Counted from the first letter of the stretch, positions 1 through 9,997 are shown. The stretch is 64,000 nucleotides of DNA from an uncultured Chloroflexia bacterium (GCA_963783335.1 CAWAND010000008.1:23841-87840); one strand, 5' to 3'. Made by a program: numbers and translations. The notes: generated by a model not told the origin, from the letters alone.

Positions 1-283
1 GAAACAAGACAACGTCGGCCTCACCGAGCTGGCCATTCAATGCACTGGCGTAGGCTTCAGAGCGGAAGTCCTCCAGGCGGTCATCTTCGCCAAAGAGGGC
101 TTCGTCAACCCCGTAAGTGAGTGCTTGTTCGGCAAGGGCTTTCACGTCCTTGCCCAATACGATGGCTTTCAGGCTTCCACCCAATTCCGCCTTCAACACC
201 ACTCCCGCGCCTACGGCTTCCCAGGCGGCCGGCGGGGCATCGCCGCGGACATGGTCGATGTAGACAACGATGTTCCCAGCCAT
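1..283 (-). CDS. etfA: Electron transfer flavoprotein alpha subunit, N-terminal part (gene runs off the window start)
   Basis: Minus-strand translation from the ATG at 281-283 reads MAGNIVVYIDHVRGDAPPAAWEAVGAGVVLKAELGG..., an EtfA-like N-terminus. The ATG overlaps the etfB stop (TGATG). Confidence 0.8.
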   Translation of the reverse strand, partial: MAGNIVVYIDHVRGDAPPAAWEAVGAGVVLKAELGGSLKAIVLGKDVKALAEQALTYGVDEALFGEDDRLEDFRSEAYASALNGQLGEADVVLF

Positions 284-1066
284 CAGATCACCTTTTCTTC
301 CAGAAGCCGATCGGCAAGCTTGGCTGCCATCGCTTCGGGCGTTTCGCCTTCGATCACTTCACAGCTCGTCGCCGCTTGCTGAATGGCGAAGATTTCCGGC
401 CAATCGACCTTGGCTTTGGGGACCGAGTCCATGCCCAGGTCGCCGGCGCCCCATGTCGGGATCTCGGCCTTGGAAGCTTTGCGGATCCCCATGAAAGAGG
501 GGTAGCGGGGCTCGTTGATCTCCTTGGTCACGCTGACCACGGCCGGCATACTCGATTCGACCACTTCGCGGCCCTTCGGGCAGCAATCGCTCAACGGTGA
601 TGGTAGCGCTGTCCGGATCAATCGACGTCACCCCAGCCACCTGGCTGAGGAGCGGCTTGCCCAGCAGGCGAGCTGTCTGGGCGAAGGTGACGCCAGACGC
701 ACTGTCCACGCTTGCCTTGCCAAAGAACACCAATTCCGGAGAGTCGAGCTTGCCAATCGCGGCTGCCAAAACGTGCGATGTAGCAAGCGAGTCCGCAGCC
801 TTGAGCGCCTCATCCGAAATCAAGATCGCTTCGTCGCATCCCATGGCCAGGGCTTGCTTTAGCGCATCCTTGGCCGATTCGGGCCCCATGCTGACGGCCG
901 TCACTTTGCCGCCGTGAGCCTCCTTGGTACGCAGAGCCTCTTCCACGGCGTACTCATCCCACGGGTTAAGCACCAGCGGGGAATCCCCCCACGACACTTG
1001 GCCGCCTTCGACGGTGACAGTGGCTGCAGTGTCGGGGGTCTGCTTGACACACACAACGATGTTCAA
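283..1066 (-). pseudogene. etfB: Electron transfer flavoprotein beta subunit, reading frame broken near 570-574
   Basis: ORF 359..1066 (MNIVVCVKQTPDTAA...ITVERLLPEG) loses similarity after PEG. ORF 283..621 carries the expected continuation REVVESSMPAVVSVTKEINEPRYPSFMGIRKA... Span is 784 nt (3n+1), consistent with one extra base in the GGCCC run. TTG start with AGGAGG 8 nt upstream. Confidence 0.85.
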
Positions 1067-1092
1067 AGCTCGCCTCCTGGGTTTGGGTCAAC

Positions 1093-1110
1093 TTGTGAAT
1101 TTTTTCACAA
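1093..1110. promoter_or_regulatory. Rex-type (CRP-like core) operator palindrome TTGTGAAttttTTCACAA, perfect
   Basis: Read directly. The full palindrome CTTGTGAA-TTTT-TTCACAAG spans 1092-1111, in the 57-nt gap between the acyl-CoA dehydrogenase stop and the etfB start. Centre is 35.5 nt upstream of the etfB start. Confidence 0.6.
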
Positions 1111-1123
1111 GCCGTCGCGTGGC

Positions 1124-2356
1124 TCAATGGGCAGCGGCGGTCTCGGGTTCCGACTGCCACGCCTCGGAGTCGTAGGCAGGGAGTTCGCATCTCAGGCTGG
1201 CATCTTTGCGCATTTCCAGCGCGTAGCCTGCCTGGATGAGGGTATGTATCTCGCTCGTGCCCTCGTAGATCACGGCACCTTTCGAATTGCGCAGGTAGCG
1301 TTCAACGTCGTATTCGGCGCTGTAACCGTAGGCACCATGGACCTGGACAGCTTCCGACGCCGCTTCGAAGGAAGCATCCGTCGCATACCATTTGGCCAGA
1401 GAAGTCTCTCGCGTGTTTCGCTGCCCCTGGTTCTTCATCCAACCCGCCCGCAGGTAAAGCAGGCGCGCCGCCTCATAGTCTTTGACCATGCGGGCGATCT
1501 TCTGCTGCACGAGTTGGTGGCGGGAGATGGGCCTGCCGAACGTTGTGCGCTCGTTGGCATACTTCACACTGGCTTCCAAGGACGCCCGAATCAGGCCGGT
1601 TGCGCCAGCCGCCACGGTGTAGCGGCCATTGTCGAGGCAAGACATGGCAATCCTGAAACCCTCGCCCTCCTCTCCCAGCCGATTTTCGACCGGGACGCGC
1701 ACGTTCTGGCAGTTCACCCAGCCAGTGGAACCAGCACGCACGCCCATCTTGTCGTGAATATCGCCCGACGTGACGCCGTCCCGCTCCGCCTCGACCACGA
1801 ACGCCGTCATGCCTTCATGCGGATCTTGCGCGTCCGGGTCTGTGACGGCGACCCACAAGAAATGGTCGGCCTTGGTCGCCAGCGAGATCCACATCTTCTC
1901 GCCGTTGATGACATACTCGTCGCCATCGCGCTTGGCTGTAGAGTTCATACTTGCCACATCGGAGCCGGCGCCCGGTTCGGTCAAGCCAAAGGCGGCGATC
2001 TTCTCACCCTTGGCCTGGGGTGCAAGAAAACGCTGCTTCTGGTCCTCGGTGCCCCATTGAAGCAGCGCCATGCTGTTGAGCCCCATGTGGACCGACATGA
2101 CCACCCTGAGGGTCGTGTCAACGGCCTCCAGTTCCTCACAGGCCAAGCCAAGGGAAATGTAGTCCATGCCCTGGCCGCCGTACCTGACAGGGATGCAGAT
2201 TCCGAGGATGCCCAGCTCACCCATGCGAGGCAGGACTTTGGGATCCATTTCCTGCTTGATGTCCCATTCCTTGATGGTCGGCTTGACCTCCTTCTGGGCA
2301 AAGTCGCGAACCATCTTCCGAACCATCTCGTGTTCTTCGGTGAGCCCAAAATCCAT
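1124..2356 (-). CDS. Acyl-CoA dehydrogenase
   Basis: 410-aa ORF MDFGLTEEHEMVRKMVRDFAQKEV...IYEGTSEIHTLIQAGYAL, with ACAD N-, middle- and C-terminal signatures. Confidence 0.9.
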   Translation of the reverse strand: MDFGLTEEHEMVRKMVRDFAQKEVKPTIKEWDIKQEMDPKVLPRMGELGILGICIPVRYGGQGMDYISLGLACEELEAVDTTLRVVMSVHMGLNSMALLQWGTEDQKQRFLAPQAKGEKIAAFGLTEPGAGSDVASMNSTAKRDGDEYVINGEKMWISLATKADHFLWVAVTDPDAQDPHEGMTAFVVEAERDGVTSGDIHDKMGVRAGSTGWVNCQNVRVPVENRLGEEGEGFRIAMSCLDNGRYTVAAGATGLIRASLEASVKYANERTTFGRPISRHQLVQQKIARMVKDYEAARLLYLRAGWMKNQGQRNTRETSLAKWYATDASFEAASEAVQVHGAYGYSAEYDVERYLRNSKGAVIYEGTSEIHTLIQAGYALEMRKDASLRCELPAYDSEAWQSEPETAAAH

Positions 2357-2467
2357 CGTCGCCTCCAGTGAAATTCGGCCCCATTATAACCCGGCGGCTT
2401 GCACCATCCTACCCGCGGCCACCTGCTTGAAATGGCCCCTGCCGCCGGTGAAGCTATAATCCCAGCC

Positions 2468-3916
2468 ATGCTCAGATCGCCTCCCGAATGGCTGGGTCGC
2501 CTCAGTCAACTGCGAGCACGCGGGCCTATGTTGGCCGTCTTGTTCCTTGGCCTGTTGGCCGCTTCCCCCACGCCCGTGGTGCGCTTCGTATCTGCCGAAC
2601 TTCGGAACGTGCGCGGTGCCCAGATCGCCGGACGCCCATCGGCGGTGCTGCAAGCCCTGACGCCCATCCTGGCACTCGAGCCCGACGCTCCCCGGATCAG
2701 GTTGGCGGCGGCTGACGCCGCTCTCAATCTCGGCCAACCCGGCGTCGCCCTCGACCACCTGCATGCGGCGGGCCTCGATGGCCAGCGCTGGAAGGCGGCT
2801 GGCTGCGTGCTCGTTCGAGCCCAGGTGGCCTCCGGTGCCGTCACCGCCTTGGGCGATGTCCTGGACCGCCTGGACCGGTTTTGCCCTTCGAATGACCCCG
2901 CCTGGCGATCTGTCGTCGCCCAGGCTCAGGCCTCGGGGGACATGCCGGCCGCCAGCCGGGCTGCCAGGGCTTGGGCCGAAGCCGACCCGGCCGATCCGGA
3001 GGCTCACTTTTACCTGGGCCTCAGCCTGGCGTTGGTCGATCCGCCAAGCGCTTTGAGCCCGCTCAAGACTGCCCAGGCGCTGTCTCCTTCGCCGTCGCCC
3101 CTCACAAGTTCCCTGGCCCAGGCCATTGAGGACTCCCTTCCGAGCGGCGACAGAGCCTACGAATTCGCCCAGGTCGGGCAGGCGCTGGCACGAACAGGAC
3201 GTTGGGATCTGGCGGCCAAGGCCTTCTCGCAGGCGGTCGAACTCTCTCCCGGGTACGTTGAAGCACGAGCTTATCTTGGTCTGGCCCTTGACCGCACGGG
3301 AGGCGATGGTCAGCAGGAACTGATCCGTGCCAGCCAGTCGGTACCATCGGCCAGTTTGCCGCACGTTTTTCTGGCGCAGCACTGGGCGCTCAAAGGTGAA
3401 CAGCAGAAGGCGGTTCAAGAGCTGCGCATTGCCCAATCCCTTCAGCCAGACAGCCCAGCCATCGCCGCCCAACTCGGCGGGGCACTCGTCGTCTTGGGGG
3501 ACCTCCAATCGGCCTTGCTCGAGTACCAGCATGCGGTTGAATTGGCGCCATCTTCCGCCGAGTTCCAGAGCTTGCTGGCCGCGTTCAGCCTTGACCACGA
3601 AATCGACGTCGCCGGTGTGGGACTCCCGGCCGCCAGACAAGCGGTCTTGCTGGAGCCAACCTCAGCCGACTACATCGACCAACTCGGTTTCAGCTACTAC
3701 CTGCATGGAAACCCCGAGATGGCAGAGCACCTTCTGGGCCAGGGGCTGCGCGCCGACCCTGTCAGCCCAGCGATCAACTACCATCTTGCCCTGGCACGTT
3801 TGGCCCTTCAGAAGACCGATTTGGCGGTCATGTCACTTCGGCAAGCCGCGGCCCTCGACCCCGGCGGCATGTATGCCATGTTGGCCACCAGGACTCTGTC
3901 CCGGCTGCAGCCCTGA
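2468..3916 (+). CDS. TPR-repeat protein with N-terminal membrane anchor
   Basis: ORF 2399..3916 contains repeated A/L/Y-rich TPR-like helices (AHFYLGLSLAL, ARAYLGLALD, INYHLALARLAL). The start is uncertain. I chose the ATG at 2468 (MLRSPPEW...) because 2399 lies only 42 nt from the divergent ACAD start. Confidence 0.6.
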   Translation: MLRSPPEWLGRLSQLRARGPMLAVLFLGLLAASPTPVVRFVSAELRNVRGAQIAGRPSAVLQALTPILALEPDAPRIRLAAADAALNLGQPGVALDHLHAAGLDGQRWKAAGCVLVRAQVASGAVTALGDVLDRLDRFCPSNDPAWRSVVAQAQASGDMPAASRAARAWAEADPADPEAHFYLGLSLALVDPPSALSPLKTAQALSPSPSPLTSSLAQAIEDSLPSGDRAYEFAQVGQALARTGRWDLAAKAFSQAVELSPGYVEARAYLGLALDRTGGDGQQELIRASQSVPSASLPHVFLAQHWALKGEQQKAVQELRIAQSLQPDSPAIAAQLGGALVVLGDLQSALLEYQHAVELAPSSAEFQSLLAAFSLDHEIDVAGVGLPAARQAVLLEPTSADYIDQLGFSYYLHGNPEMAEHLLGQGLRADPVSPAINYHLALARLALQKTDLAVMSLRQAAALDPGGMYAMLATRTLSRLQP

Positions 3917-3955
3917 GGCTTGACGGCGCGGCTGTGCTAGAATTCCGCCTTCCGA

Positions 3956-4627
3956 ATGGAGGTCACCGATGAAAGGAACCGCGGGGTGATTCGCACCTGG
4001 CGCTTTGCCATCGGCTTCTGCTTGGCAGCCTTGTGCCTCGCTGCCTGCCAACCCTCCCCAACCCAAGCCCAACCGGGAGCCGTTCTCTTCCAAGATGATT
4101 TCTCTCGCACACTGAGCGGCTGGGACCGCCACCGGGAGACGGCATATTGGGTTGACTATCAAGACGGCACCTATCACATGCGCATCAACGCCCCCAACGC
4201 TGACGCCGTCAGCAATCCCGGTTTGGATTTCAAGGACGTGCGCGTCCAGGTCGAAGCCGCCAAGGTTGATGGGCCAGACAACAACCTGTTCGGGATCGTC
4301 TGCCGCTACCAAGATCCGGGTGACTTCTACTTCTTCGCTGTGTCGAGCGATGGCTATGCTGGAATTGGTGTCAGCAAGAGCGGTCGCCGACACCTCTTGA
4401 GCCACGAAACACTCCTCCCTTCGCCAAGAATCCTGAGCGGCAACGCCACCAACGTGCTCCGTGCGGATTGCGTCGGATACGAGCTGACCCTATACGTCAA
4501 CGGGAATGTGGTCAACCAGGCGCAAGCCGCCGAATGGGACAAAGGGGACGTGGGCTTGATGGTCGGCAGCTACGAGCAAGGTGGCGTCGAAATCGCGTTC
4601 GACAATCTTTCGGTAACGCAGCCCTGA
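3956..4627 (+). CDS. Secreted lipoprotein, lectin/glucanase-like beta-sandwich domain (hypothetical)
   Basis: Signal peptide with lipobox (FCLAALCLAAC). An alternative GTG start at 3986 has GAAAGGA upstream. The C-terminal region resembles DUF1080-like domains, but that assignment is weak. Confidence 0.55.
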   Translation: MEVTDERNRGVIRTWRFAIGFCLAALCLAACQPSPTQAQPGAVLFQDDFSRTLSGWDRHRETAYWVDYQDGTYHMRINAPNADAVSNPGLDFKDVRVQVEAAKVDGPDNNLFGIVCRYQDPGDFYFFAVSSDGYAGIGVSKSGRRHLLSHETLLPSPRILSGNATNVLRADCVGYELTLYVNGNVVNQAQAAEWDKGDVGLMVGSYEQGGVEIAFDNLSVTQP

Positions 4628-4680
4628 CCGGAGGAACCTGCGCCATGGCGGCCGCGCTGAGGACGGCTTGAGGAAGACTC

Positions 4681-5961
4681 ATGAAAGTTCATTTGGACAG
4701 CCTCGGCTGCCGACTCAACCAAAGTGAAATCGAAGGTTTCGGCCGACAGTTCAGGGCAGCTGGGCATGAACTGGTGGCGGACCCTGAGCACAGCGACCTG
4801 GTGGTGATCAATACCTGCACCGTCACCCAGGATGCAGCCTCCGCCTCCCGAGCTCGGGTGCGAAACGCCCATCGCAGGCAGCCGCAGGCCGCCATCGTCC
4901 TCACTGGCTGCTGGAGCACCCTCGAGCAGGAATCCGCCCTGGCCCTCCCAGGGGTTGTGTTGGCGGTCCCGAATCCCGCCAAAGGCGCCCTGGTCAAGCA
5001 GGTGATAGGGACAACAAGTGATAGGTTTGATTTGGATCCCGTGGCGCGCAAGCCGCTGCCCGGCATTCGGACACGGACGCGTGCCTTTGTCAAGGCCCAG
5101 GATGGTTGCGACCACCACTGCACGTTCTGCCTGACAACGCTGGCCCGCGGGCCAGCTTCCAGCCTTCCGATCGATTCTGTGGTCAACCAGGTCAGAGCGG
5201 CAGTCGCCGGGGGCGCGCAGGAAGCCGTGATCAGCGGCGTGCAGTTGAGCGGCTACGGGTCCGGTCTTCCCGGGAATCCCCGCCTCACAGACCTGGTCCA
5301 GGCTGTACTAGAACGAACGGAAATCCCCCGTCTGCGCCTCTCGTCACTGGAACCTTGGGGGCTTCCCGAAGGCTTTTTTAGCTTGTGGCAGGATCCACGC
5401 CTGTGCCGGCAGCTGCATTTTCCGCTGCAATCCGGCAGCCCTTCAACCCTGAGACGGATGGGGCGCCCGACTCGTCCCAGCGGCTACAGTCAGCTGGTTG
5501 AACGTGCCCGACGCGCCATCCCGGGTTTGGCGGTGACCACCGATCTCATCGCTGGTTTCCCGGGCGAAACTGAGACGGAATTCCAGGAGAGTCTTCGCTT
5601 CGCGGAACAGATGCAGTTCGCCGACGCTCATGTCTTCCCCTACTCTGCCCGCCCCGGCACGGGCGCCGCCAGGCTTCCCGACAGGGTTGACCCCATGGAA
5701 GCCAAGGCCCGCGCCCAGACCTTGCGCCTGGCAGTCGCCGACTCGGCATCAAGTTACCGGCGCCAATTCGTCTCACGCAGGCTGGACGTCCTCTGGGAAG
5801 CTGGCAGCCGTCTCGGGCCGGACGGATGGACGCTGTCCGGATGGAGTGACAACTACATTCGGGTTACCACCAAGGCCCCGCAAGATCTGTGGAACCGAAT
5901 CTGCACTGTTCTCATTGAGGAGAGCACGCAGGATGGGCTCATAGGTCGTCTCACATCCTGA
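4681..5961 (+). CDS. mtaB: Radical-SAM methylthiotransferase, MtaB-like (tRNA t6A37 methylthiotransferase)
   Basis: N-terminal MTTase domain (LGCRLNQSE, VINTCTVT), radical SAM motif CDHHCTFC, C-terminal TRAM-like region. GAGGAAG RBS. Confidence 0.75.
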   Translation: MKVHLDSLGCRLNQSEIEGFGRQFRAAGHELVADPEHSDLVVINTCTVTQDAASASRARVRNAHRRQPQAAIVLTGCWSTLEQESALALPGVVLAVPNPAKGALVKQVIGTTSDRFDLDPVARKPLPGIRTRTRAFVKAQDGCDHHCTFCLTTLARGPASSLPIDSVVNQVRAAVAGGAQEAVISGVQLSGYGSGLPGNPRLTDLVQAVLERTEIPRLRLSSLEPWGLPEGFFSLWQDPRLCRQLHFPLQSGSPSTLRRMGRPTRPSGYSQLVERARRAIPGLAVTTDLIAGFPGETETEFQESLRFAEQMQFADAHVFPYSARPGTGAARLPDRVDPMEAKARAQTLRLAVADSASSYRRQFVSRRLDVLWEAGSRLGPDGWTLSGWSDNYIRVTTKAPQDLWNRICTVLIEESTQDGLIGRLTS

Positions 5962-6029
5962 TACAGCCAGGTTCAACAGACATGGATTCTTGGTGGCTAC
6001 ACGAAAAGAAAGCCGGTTTGGGTCTCGCC

Positions 6030-6042
6030 TTGTATGATACAA
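6030..6042. promoter_or_regulatory. 13-bp palindrome TTGTATgATACAA overlapping an extended -10-like TGaTACAAT, just upstream of the hxlR-like gene
   Basis: Read directly. The palindrome ends 10 nt before the ATG at 6053 and no SD-like sequence lies between them. Confidence 0.3.
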
Positions 6043-6052
6043 TCGGGCACCT

Positions 6053-6370
6053 ATGAGCCGCCACGCTGAGCTGGCAATCGACGACTGCCCCATTGCTCGA
6101 ACCTCGGCTTTGATCGCCCAAAAGTGGGTCATGTTGATCATTAGGGACTTGGCGGACGGCCCCTGCCGATATTCCGAGCTGCAGACTTCTCTCCGGATCA
6201 ACCCGCGTACGCTATCCGAGCGCCTTTCCCATCTTGAAGCGCAAGGCGTGGTTGAACAGAAGGCAGGACCCGACCTTCCCGGCAGAATGGCCTATGCCCT
6301 CACCCGCAAGGGGCGTGCTCTCCTGCCCGTCCTCGAAGCGATGAAGGCTTTCGGCACAGCCTGGCTCTGA
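6053..6370 (+). CDS. HxlR-family winged-helix transcriptional regulator
   Basis: CPIARTSALIAQKWVMLIIRDLADGPCRYSELQTSLRINPRTLSERLSHLEAQGVV is the HxlR signature. Confidence 0.85.
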   Translation: MSRHAELAIDDCPIARTSALIAQKWVMLIIRDLADGPCRYSELQTSLRINPRTLSERLSHLEAQGVVEQKAGPDLPGRMAYALTRKGRALLPVLEAMKAFGTAWL

Positions 6371-6398
6371 TCAGCCACAACCTGACAGGAAACCATCC

Positions 6399-6848
6399 AT
6401 GGTGACAAAAGCCACCCTCGAATCGGACCTCAAGCAAGCTATGCGCCAAAGCGACCGCTTGCTCACAAGCACGCTGCGCATGGCCCTTTCGTCGATCAAG
6501 TTGGCCGAAGTGGACAAGCAGCGGCAGCTGAACGAAGATGAGATTACGGCCATCCTGCAGCGGGAGGCCAAGTCACGGCGGGAGACCATTGAGGACGCCA
6601 AGAAAGCCAATCGGCGGGATCTCATCCAAGGTGCGGAAGCAGAGCTCGAGGTCTTGAGCACCTATCTTCCCGCCCCCTTTTCGGATTCCGAACTCGAGGC
6701 CCTGGTCCTTTCAGCCATCCAGGATGCTGGAGCTAGCGGACCCCAAGACATGGGCAAAGTCATGAGCGCCGTGATGGGCAAAGTAGGGGCCCGGGCCGAC
6801 GGCAAGCGAGTGAGTCAGATGGCGCGGCGACTGCTCGAAAGGGCTTAA
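6399..6848 (+). CDS. GatB/YqeY domain protein
   Basis: 149 aa. LKQAMRQSDRLLTSTLRMALSSIKLAEVDK ... MGKVMSAVMGKVGARADGKRVSQMARRLL is typical of YqeY. Confidence 0.85.
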   Translation: MVTKATLESDLKQAMRQSDRLLTSTLRMALSSIKLAEVDKQRQLNEDEITAILQREAKSRRETIEDAKKANRRDLIQGAEAELEVLSTYLPAPFSDSELEALVLSAIQDAGASGPQDMGKVMSAVMGKVGARADGKRVSQMARRLLERA

Positions 6849-6857
6849 GAGACTGCC

Positions 6858-9050
6858 ATGGATCAGGGTCCGGACTTCAAGCTTTCCCCCATCCGGCGGA
6901 TTCGAAACGCCTGGCACAACATCGAACTGTGGATGATCTTCTTGGCCGGGCTGATCGGGATGACGGCGGCCGTCTCCATACCCATCGCCCAACGACAATC
7001 CACCTTCGGACTCGCTGCCGGCGACGTCGCCCCCCAAGACATCCTGGCCCCCTACGCGCTTTCATACAAGAGCGATGCCCTCACTCAACAAGCCAAGCAA
7101 GCGGCGGCCAACAGCGTTAGCCCCGTCTACGACCCGCCCGACAGCCAGGTGACTCGTCGACAACTTGATGACCTCAGATCAACTCTCGACTACATCGATG
7201 CCATCCGAGCCGATGAACACGCGACAGCAGATCAGAAACTGGCAGATCTGGAGTCCCTGGCGGGGATCAAACTTGAAGGGGACACAGCTCAGGCGATACT
7301 CGAACTCCCCGAGCCGCGTTGGAAGGCGGTCAAGAGCGAAGCTGTTTCCGTGCTTGAGCAGGTGATGCGCTCAGAAATTCGTCCCGAGCGAGTTACTCAA
7401 GTCCGAAGAACGGTCCCGGCTCTGGTGAGCATCACCATGCCCCAGGATCAAGCTGACCTTGTGGTGCGATTCGTCTCCGCTTTCGTGGCACCCAACGCTC
7501 GCTTGAACGAAGAGGCCACACAGGCCGCCCGCGATGAGGCGTCACAAGCGGTGGCGCCGGTCATCAAGACCTACGCCCCCGGCGAAACGATTGTCAGCCG
7601 CGGGCAAATCGTGACCCCGCTTCAGCTCGAAGCGCTCCAGGCCTACGATCTCCTTACCCCACCCGAGCCGTGGAAAGAGATCGCCATTCGCGGATTGCTG
7701 GTGGCCGTGCTCGGGATCAGCCTGGTGATGTATGGGTTCCGAACCCACCAAGATCAGATCCGGAGCGTACGGCTGGCATCGACCATGACGGTCCTGTTGG
7801 TCGTATTCACCTTGGGCCTGCAGGTGATGGTGCCCGGGCGGACCGTGATGCCGTATATCTTCCCAGCGGCCACATTGCCTATGCTCCTGGCGGTTCTTTT
7901 CAGTCCTGGGATGGGCGTAATGGGCGCCGTTGTCAGTGGCGCTTTGGCCGGGTTCCTGGGTGCGCGCGGGCTGGAACTTGGTTTGTACATCTCCCTGAGC
8001 GGCATCATGGGAGCGCTGATGATCGGCAAGGCCGAGCGGTTGAGCACGTTCTTCTGGTCCGGCCTAAGTGCTGCCCTGGCCGCCGTGGCCATCGTCGTCA
8101 TCTTCCGCTTCCCCGATCCCGCGACCGACATGGTCGGCAAGGCCAGTTTGATGGGCGCCGGCCTGCTCAGCGGCTTCCTCTCTGCCAGCCTTGCATTCGG
8201 CCTCCTGCTCCTCGTGGGAAGCGTCGTGGGGATCACGACCAATCTGCAGTTGATCGAGCTTTCCAGGCCGGACCAGCCCCTTCTCCAGTTCATATTGCGC
8301 AACGCGCCAGGGACCTACCAGCACAGCCTGCAAGTCGCCAACCTGGCTGAACAAGCCGCCCGGGCGGTGGGCGCCAACCCTCTTCTGACCCGCGTGGGTG
8401 CGCTTTACCACGACGCCGGGAAGGCCCTCCGTCCCCAATTCTTCATTGAGAATCAAGTCGCTGGGCAAAACATCCACCAGCAACTCGACCCGGCGACCAG
8501 CGCCGGCATCATCCTGGCTCACGTCCGCGACGGCCTCGATTTGGCCAAGAAGTACCGCCTTCCAGCTCAGGTTCAAGCCTTCATCCCGGAACATCACGGA
8601 AAGATGGAGGCCAACTACCAATACCAGGCGGCGGTTGAAGCGGCCGGCGGCGATGCTTCAAAAGTCGATCGGAAGGCCTTCGCCTACCCTGGCCCGAGGC
8701 CCCGCTCCAAGGAAACCGCACTGTTGATGCTGGCGGATGGCGTAGAAGCCAAGGCACGGGCTGAGGCGCCCAAGGACGATGGGGAGATCGAAGCGCTCGT
8801 CAATTGGGTGATCCAGAATCGCCTCACAAACGGGCAGCTTGACCGCACCAATCTCACACTCAAGGACCTGGACACCATTCGCCGTTCTTTTGTCAGCACC
8901 CTGCGTGGGATCTACCATCCGCGCATTCGCTACCCTGAGCAGGACGCCCCTTCGGACTCCGATCAAACACCGGACGTGGCGCCGGCTCAAGACGGGGACG
9001 AGGCCAAATCCCCCGCCAGCCCAGCCTCACCTCAGCCGGATTCGGCATGA
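6858..9050 (+). CDS. 7TM receptor with HD/HDIG phosphohydrolase domain (PgpH/YqfF-like)
   Basis: 730 aa: extracellular N-domain, multi-TM block, C-terminal HD domain (HSLQVANLAE...LYHDAGK). Sits in the classic position upstream of ybeY-dgkA, and its stop overlaps the ybeY ATG. Confidence 0.8.
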   Translation: MDQGPDFKLSPIRRIRNAWHNIELWMIFLAGLIGMTAAVSIPIAQRQSTFGLAAGDVAPQDILAPYALSYKSDALTQQAKQAAANSVSPVYDPPDSQVTRRQLDDLRSTLDYIDAIRADEHATADQKLADLESLAGIKLEGDTAQAILELPEPRWKAVKSEAVSVLEQVMRSEIRPERVTQVRRTVPALVSITMPQDQADLVVRFVSAFVAPNARLNEEATQAARDEASQAVAPVIKTYAPGETIVSRGQIVTPLQLEALQAYDLLTPPEPWKEIAIRGLLVAVLGISLVMYGFRTHQDQIRSVRLASTMTVLLVVFTLGLQVMVPGRTVMPYIFPAATLPMLLAVLFSPGMGVMGAVVSGALAGFLGARGLELGLYISLSGIMGALMIGKAERLSTFFWSGLSAALAAVAIVVIFRFPDPATDMVGKASLMGAGLLSGFLSASLAFGLLLLVGSVVGITTNLQLIELSRPDQPLLQFILRNAPGTYQHSLQVANLAEQAARAVGANPLLTRVGALYHDAGKALRPQFFIENQVAGQNIHQQLDPATSAGIILAHVRDGLDLAKKYRLPAQVQAFIPEHHGKMEANYQYQAAVEAAGGDASKVDRKAFAYPGPRPRSKETALLMLADGVEAKARAEAPKDDGEIEALVNWVIQNRLTNGQLDRTNLTLKDLDTIRRSFVSTLRGIYHPRIRYPEQDAPSDSDQTPDVAPAQDGDEAKSPASPASPQPDSA

Positions 9051-9499
9051 TCCACTCCGCTCATGTCGTCGCCGAAGAAGCGACTCAGACCGCCATAGAC
9101 TCCGTCCGCGGGGCCGCTCTGGCCGCTCTCAAGTATGAAGATGCCCCTCAGGGCGCATTGGCGGTCGTCTTGACGGATGCCGAGACACTTCGCAAACTCA
9201 ACCTGCAGTTCCGAAAAACCGATTCAGCAACCGACGTTCTGGCCTTCCCGGATGGTTCTATCGACTTAGACGACGAAGGAGTCTACTTCGGGGATGTCGT
9301 GATCGCCCTGCCCGTGGCGAATGAGCAGGCCAAGGACGCCGGCCACGCCTTGGAGTCGGAGCTGGCCCTGCTCACCGTCCATGGCGTCCTTCACCTGCTG
9401 GGCCACGACCATGCGACGCAAACCGAGAAAGAAGACATGTGGTCCCGCCAGTCCGCCATTTTGAAGCAGCTGGCGATCAAGGTGAGATTGCCGCGGTGA
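9047..9499 (+). CDS. ybeY: rRNA maturation endoribonuclease YbeY
   Basis: Zinc motif HGVLHLLGHDH, 150 aa. Confidence 0.9.
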   Translation: MIHSAHVVAEEATQTAIDSVRGAALAALKYEDAPQGALAVVLTDAETLRKLNLQFRKTDSATDVLAFPDGSIDLDDEGVYFGDVVIALPVANEQAKDAGHALESELALLTVHGVLHLLGHDHATQTEKEDMWSRQSAILKQLAIKVRLPR

Positions 9500-9882
9500 C
9501 CGGCAAGGAACCCCGCCGCTCTTCCTCTCGGCCAGATTCGTTCCGCCATGCTTTCGCTGGATGGTGGTACGTCCTCCGTTCGCAGCGAAATGCCTGGATC
9601 CACGCCACGGCTACTTTGCTGGCCGTCGGCGTTGGCGCCTGGATCGGCCTGGACAGACTTAGTTGGGGATTGATTCTGGTGGCGATTTCGCTCGTTTGGC
9701 TGGCGGAATTCATCAACACTGCCTTGGAAGCTGTGGTGGATTTGGCCAGCCCCGGTCAGAACCCCCTGGCCAAAGTAGGCAAAGACGTCGGCGCCGCCGC
9801 TGTGCTCATCGCAGCCGGTGCGGCTGCGCTGATCGGCATCCTCGTCCTTGGGCCCCCATTGTGGGCGCGCCTGTTTTCCTGA
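9496..9882 (+). CDS. dgkA: Diacylglycerol kinase family (DgkA) membrane protein
   Basis: FRHAFAGWWYVLRSQRNAWIH...LVWLAEFINTALEAVVD matches DgkA. In-frame GTG at 9496 overlaps the ybeY stop (GTGA). Confidence 0.8.
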   Translation: MTGKEPRRSSSRPDSFRHAFAGWWYVLRSQRNAWIHATATLLAVGVGAWIGLDRLSWGLILVAISLVWLAEFINTALEAVVDLASPGQNPLAKVGKDVGAAAVLIAAGAAALIGILVLGPPLWARLFS

Positions 9883-9915
9883 CCTCGGACTCGGGGAGGG
9901 CCAAGGCCAACCGCG

Positions 9916-9944
9916 TTGCACCCCTCTGTCAACTGTGCGATAAT
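9916..9944 (+). promoter_or_regulatory. Sigma70-like promoter candidate TTGCAC-N17-GATAAT (with TG extension)
   Basis: Read directly in the 115-nt gap upstream of the histidine kinase gene at 9998. Confidence 0.35.
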
Positions 9945-9997
9945 GCCGGCGAATACTCCGTACAGGAACCATCGGATCAAGGTGGGCCACTCAACCG

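Noticed and set aside
914-2371. Long ORFs antisense to well-supported genes (e.g. 914..2371, 24953..26017, 28565..29617, 29614..30624, 55775..56917, 60239..61120)
   Set aside because: Their products are Arg/Gly/Pro/His-rich with no motifs. Each lies opposite a gene with strong family signatures. These are typical GC-driven open frames.
3933-3943. TTGACG plus TAGAAT upstream of the lipoprotein gene as a canonical -35/-10 promoter
   Set aside because: The spacer is only 12 nt. Only a TGcTAGAAT extended -10 remains, which is too weak alone to list as a feature.
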